Part shown: positions 62,080 to 64,000 of the stretch, one piece after another
Layout: every line of letters begins with the position of its first letter
Position numbering within the stretch: the stretch's first letter is position 1
Notes under the pieces: model-generated
What the model was told of the DNA's origin: nothing
The model's input: only the letters and a program-made list of their open reading frames with translations
Databases searched by the model: none
Assembly: GCA_002104945.1 (NCBI GenBank)
Contig: MCFH01000067.1
Span: forward strand, 1-64,000
Reading direction: 5' to 3'
Source of the DNA: Piromyces finnis finn
Lineage: Eukaryota > Fungi > Neocallimastigomycota
DNA length: 64,000 nucleotides
Program-made: the position numbers and the translations under genes

Positions 62080-62620
62080 TGTGTGAAGTTAAAATTAAGT
62101 TAGTTTTTAAGTTAGAATAAAACAGTTTTTTTGTTAATTCGGCTTCGTTTTTTGTAAAAAAAATGTCGCAAAGAATTAACTTTCAGCTGGATTTTTTCCT
62201 TTTTTATACTTTTTTTTTGCATACTTAAAAACTGGTCATTCAGTCATTCCAATGAAGAAAGTGGCCATAAAAAGTATCAAAAAATTCATGTCCATTTTTA
62301 ATGTTTGGTTTATTGATCAATATATTATAAATATATATTGTTTACATTTCAATATATGAATTGTTTTATTTTTTTTAATTACTATTTAAGTTAAAAACTG
62401 GACATTCCAATGAAAAAAGTGGACATAAATTATCAAAATTCATGTCCATTTTAATGTTTGGTTTATTGAATAATACATTGTATATGGTATTTTAATTATA
62501 ATTTCAAATTCAAATTAAAGTGATCTTTTTTTTTTTTTTTTTTTTTTTTTTTGGCCAAAAATTCAAGTAATGATTAATAGTTAAAAGGCTAAAAATTAAC
62601 CAGAAAATTAAATTAGTTTT
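62080..62620 (-). repeat. Inverted copy of the 57.1-57.7 kb repeat end
   Basis: Reverse complement of about 57105-57690, near-identical across the AATGGACATGAATT...GAAGCCGAATTAACAAAA core. Confidence 0.8.
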
Positions 62621-62819
62621 TTGATAAAAAAGTAAAAAAAAAATAATCTGTAATGTTTCAGTGTTACTTCATAATTAAGCATTGTATAAAAAATACTAGT
62701 ATAATATAGAGTAAAATAAAAATTTCCATCTTTACACTAAATAGAAATAGAAATATTAAAAAATATAATAATGTTGTTAATATCGTTTAATGTTTAATTT
62801 TTTCTACATAAAAATTTGC

Positions 62820-63780
62820 ATATTCAATGTATCATCCATTTATACCTATACTCTTTTGTTTAATTTAAATAATTGTATTATACAATTTATTATATTCTAT
62901 TATACCATATATTATCTAATGATGAATTAAAAATGATTTTATTAAAAAATAATTTATATATTGAAATATAATCAATATATATTTATAATATATAGATCAA
63001 TAGAACTGTTTTATATTAAAATTTTTATGAAAAAAAAGTATAAAAAAGAAAAATTTACGTTGAATTTAATTCTTTGCTACATTCTTTCTTGTAAAAGGTG
63101 TAGCCAAGATTGGGTGTAAAATAGTTAAAATGTGTTATAACATTAGCTAAATTAGATAAATAATGATTAAAGGGTTTTCCCTTTACATATTTTTGTAATT
63201 TTGTGATTTTATTTTACATATTAAGTGTTTTGCATTCAATAAGTATAATTATATTTAATTATATTTATCAACTAAATAATAGAAGAATAAGTTTTGGTGA
63301 TTAAAAAGGTTACTATCTTATAATAACGCTAGTGTTTTTAAGCATTTTGTGAAGAATGAGGTTTGAAGAATAATACTTTAAAGCTATATCAAAAATCGGA
63401 AAAAATCATTTCTACTATTGAGAAAATAAAAATCTTAGGTGGAAGAAGAAAGAAAAAAAAATATTTTAAAGAAGAATTGAGTAAACTAAAGAAGCTTAGT
63501 GCAAATCCGGAATTTAAGAAAGAAGTCTTTTAGCAATTCATAAAGAATTTGATTATATTAAAGATATTATGAGTAAATCTTTTTAACGATTAAGACTTAT
63601 AAAGAATGGTTTTTAATTTTGGAATTAAAACCTTTTTAAAGTAACAATATATAAATATTTAATAATATTTTAGAAAAAATTGTTAAATATTTAAAATAAC
63701 GATATATTTTAATAATAATTTTTATATGTAAAAATATAAAATAATATAAACTAAATAAAATCATTATTAAAACATAAAAA
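62820..63780 (+). repeat. Diverged direct copy of the 57.2-58.3 kb repeat
   Basis: Shared blocks, e.g. TAAAGATATTATGAGTAAAT..TTTTAACGATTAAGACTTATAAAGAATGG at about 58030 and 63560. Confidence 0.75.
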
Positions 63781-64000
63781 GCCTTATTAAAGTGTATAAA
63801 ATTTATTATTATTTTGACATTTGTAATTTAAAAATATTTTTGAATTATTTAGTTTAAAGAAGATAAATCATTTCGATATTGTAAAGTGGAGTGGATGTTA
63901 AATTGTTGAAAAGATTTGCATTATTCAAAGAATTGGATTGTAGAAGTAGTTGGTGATAATGAATTGAAATTATAATTATAGCAATAAAATAGTTGTTTTA

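Noticed and set aside
57105-62620. Single Pack-type transposon with long TIRs carrying an ankyrin fragment
   Set aside because: The left copy continues well past the inverted arm with homology to a separate direct copy at 62820-63780, which favours independent fragments. No TSD was found.

Overview
Very AT-rich eukaryotic DNA. The fungal dockerin domains, scaffoldin-like gene, ankyrin expansions and Gal-lectin/GT34 fusion point to an anaerobic gut fungus (Neocallimastigomycota; inference). The left third (6.3-24.2 kb) is a retrotransposon pile anchored on an intron-containing tRNA-Ile(UAU) gene. It holds seven abutting solo-LTR-like units (all TGAT...ATCA, separated only by 3-5 nt A-rich spacers), then a near-intact Ty3/gypsy element ending 13 bp upstream of the tRNA. 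That element is interrupted by a younger chromodomain-bearing element with a Tf1-type self-priming signature. The pile reads like a chronological, tRNA-anchored insertion record. The rest contains a long ankyrin protein (5'-partial), a ~60-aa-repeat protein, two tandem plant-type LRR receptor-like genes with one 72-nt exon per LRR, a reconstructed 9-exon scaffoldin-like surface protein, a 7TM protein, a lectin-GT34 fusion, an internally deleted dockerin-bearing Agd3-like gene, and LINE, ankyrin and repeat debris at the right end. All analysis was by eye; no database searches were run.
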